From a virus (Duplodnaviria > Caudoviricetes): a stretch of DNA of 46,537 nt. A program made the translations under genes and the position numbers. Below are positions 45,851-46,537 of this stretch, piece after piece. How positions within the stretch are numbered: position 1 is the stretch's first letter; each line of letters begins with the position of its first letter. Location of the stretch: positions 1 through 46,537 of the IMG/VR virus record IMGVR_UViG_3300048865_000027; one strand, 5' to 3'. Below the pieces are notes generated by a model, which had not been told where the DNA came from, did no database searches, and saw nothing but the letters and a program-made list of their open reading frames with translations.

Positions 45851-46537
45851 CTATTCCTCGGGGGTGGCTACGGCGGTCTTGATGACCGGCTCGGCCACCA
45901 ACTGGTCCGCGGGGTAGGGATTCAAAAAGTCCCATGTTTCCTCCGCGCCTGCAATTAACCAATCCTCGTAGGAACCTTCCGGAAGGATCACGACCATGCG
46001 CTTTTCGTCGCCGGGCCGGTGGTAGTCCTTAAAGAGCGGGTGCTGGTCGGCGTTGATGGTCAGCATCGTGTAGCTCTCGATCCATTCGCCAGTGGGGGAG
46101 CGCCACTTGTCCCATAGGCCGGCGATGCCCAGCGGCGCGCCGTCGGCCCGCCGGAACTGGGTGGCGACGGCTTTTCCGCTGCGCCAGTCCGGCTCGAATA
46201 CCGCGTCCGCCGGGATGATGCAGTGCTGGGCGCGGCGCCAGGCGTTGCCGAAGGTGAACGACTTGGCGGCGCTCTCAGAGCGGGCATTGAACGTGGACAG
46301 CTTCTGCGCCTTTTCCGCACCCTCGGCCTTGGTCATGGCCGATATCAGCCCCCAGCGCCCAACGACCGCCTCCCGCTCCGGTACCGCCTCGTCTCCCGAC
46401 TCCCACTCAGCCGGCCGGCGCACGAACACACCGGGGTACCGCGGCCACATGTCAGACTTCGGGATGGGAATGCCGCGGGCGCGGAAGTAGCGCTCCATCT
46501 GCTCGGCTTTCTTCAGGGCGGTGTAGTGGGAGCACAT
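45851..46537 (-). CDS. SOS response-associated peptidase (SRAP/HMCES family)
   Basis: N-terminal MC, RWGL, TFNARSE, C.IPA...FEP, AGLW, KRM.VIL. Confidence 0.92.
   Translation of the reverse strand: MCSHYTALKKAEQMERYFRARGIPIPKSDMWPRYPGVFVRRPAEWESGDEAVPEREAVVGRWGLISAMTKAEGAEKAQKLSTFNARSESAAKSFTFGNAWRRAQHCIIPADAVFEPDWRSGKAVATQFRRADGAPLGIAGLWDKWRSPTGEWIESYTMLTINADQHPLFKDYHRPGDEKRMVVILPEGSYEDWLIAGAEETWDFLNPYPADQLVAEPVIKTAVATPEE

Larger units (their letters stand above)
1..46537. mobile_element. Temperate prophage (lambdoid regulation, contractile-tail morphogenesis)
   Basis: Contiguous integrase, immunity, replication, head, tail and lysis modules in canonical order; no obvious host housekeeping genes. 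Confidence 0.97.

Noticed and set aside
1-46537. attL/attR direct repeats
   Set aside because: The window begins and ends exactly at gene boundaries and no terminal repeat was seen

Overview
The window is an apparently complete, high-GC temperate prophage of about 46.5 kb. It runs from the integrase stop codon (nt 1) to the start codon of an SOS-response-associated peptidase (nt 46537), so the att sites probably lie outside it. The organisation is lambdoid. A leftward early operon carries int, xis, two Lar-like proteins, a DUF550-containing mosaic protein, YqaJ/RecT recombination genes and many small ORFs. The cI/cro switch has readable operators and promoters. The rightward early operon carries cII-like, DUF1367, Ref, a replication initiator with iterons, RusA and a Q-like gene. 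These are followed by myovirus-type morphogenesis genes (TerS/TerL, DUF1073 portal, DUF2213, DUF2184 capsid, DUF3383 sheath, DUF3277 tube, baseplate, short fibre), an antisense acyltransferase-3/SGNH conversion gene, a lysis cassette and a terminal LigD/DUF3606/SRAP accessory block. A beta- or gammaproteobacterial host is inferred from an E. coli-type LexA box and the gene content. The most unusual observations are: (1) a tRNA-shaped kissing-loop small-RNA candidate with its own terminator between two neck genes; (2) two counter-oriented membrane-protein cassettes that share a promoter/RBS module, each spanned end to end by an antisense ORF coupled to the flanking early genes; (3) a repressor with no autocleavage domain, together with a distant LexA-box gene that could act as the inducer; (4) a highly structured late leader; and (5) a mosaic protein whose modules are bounded by direct repeats. 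Family names come from recognising motifs by eye, not from database searches.
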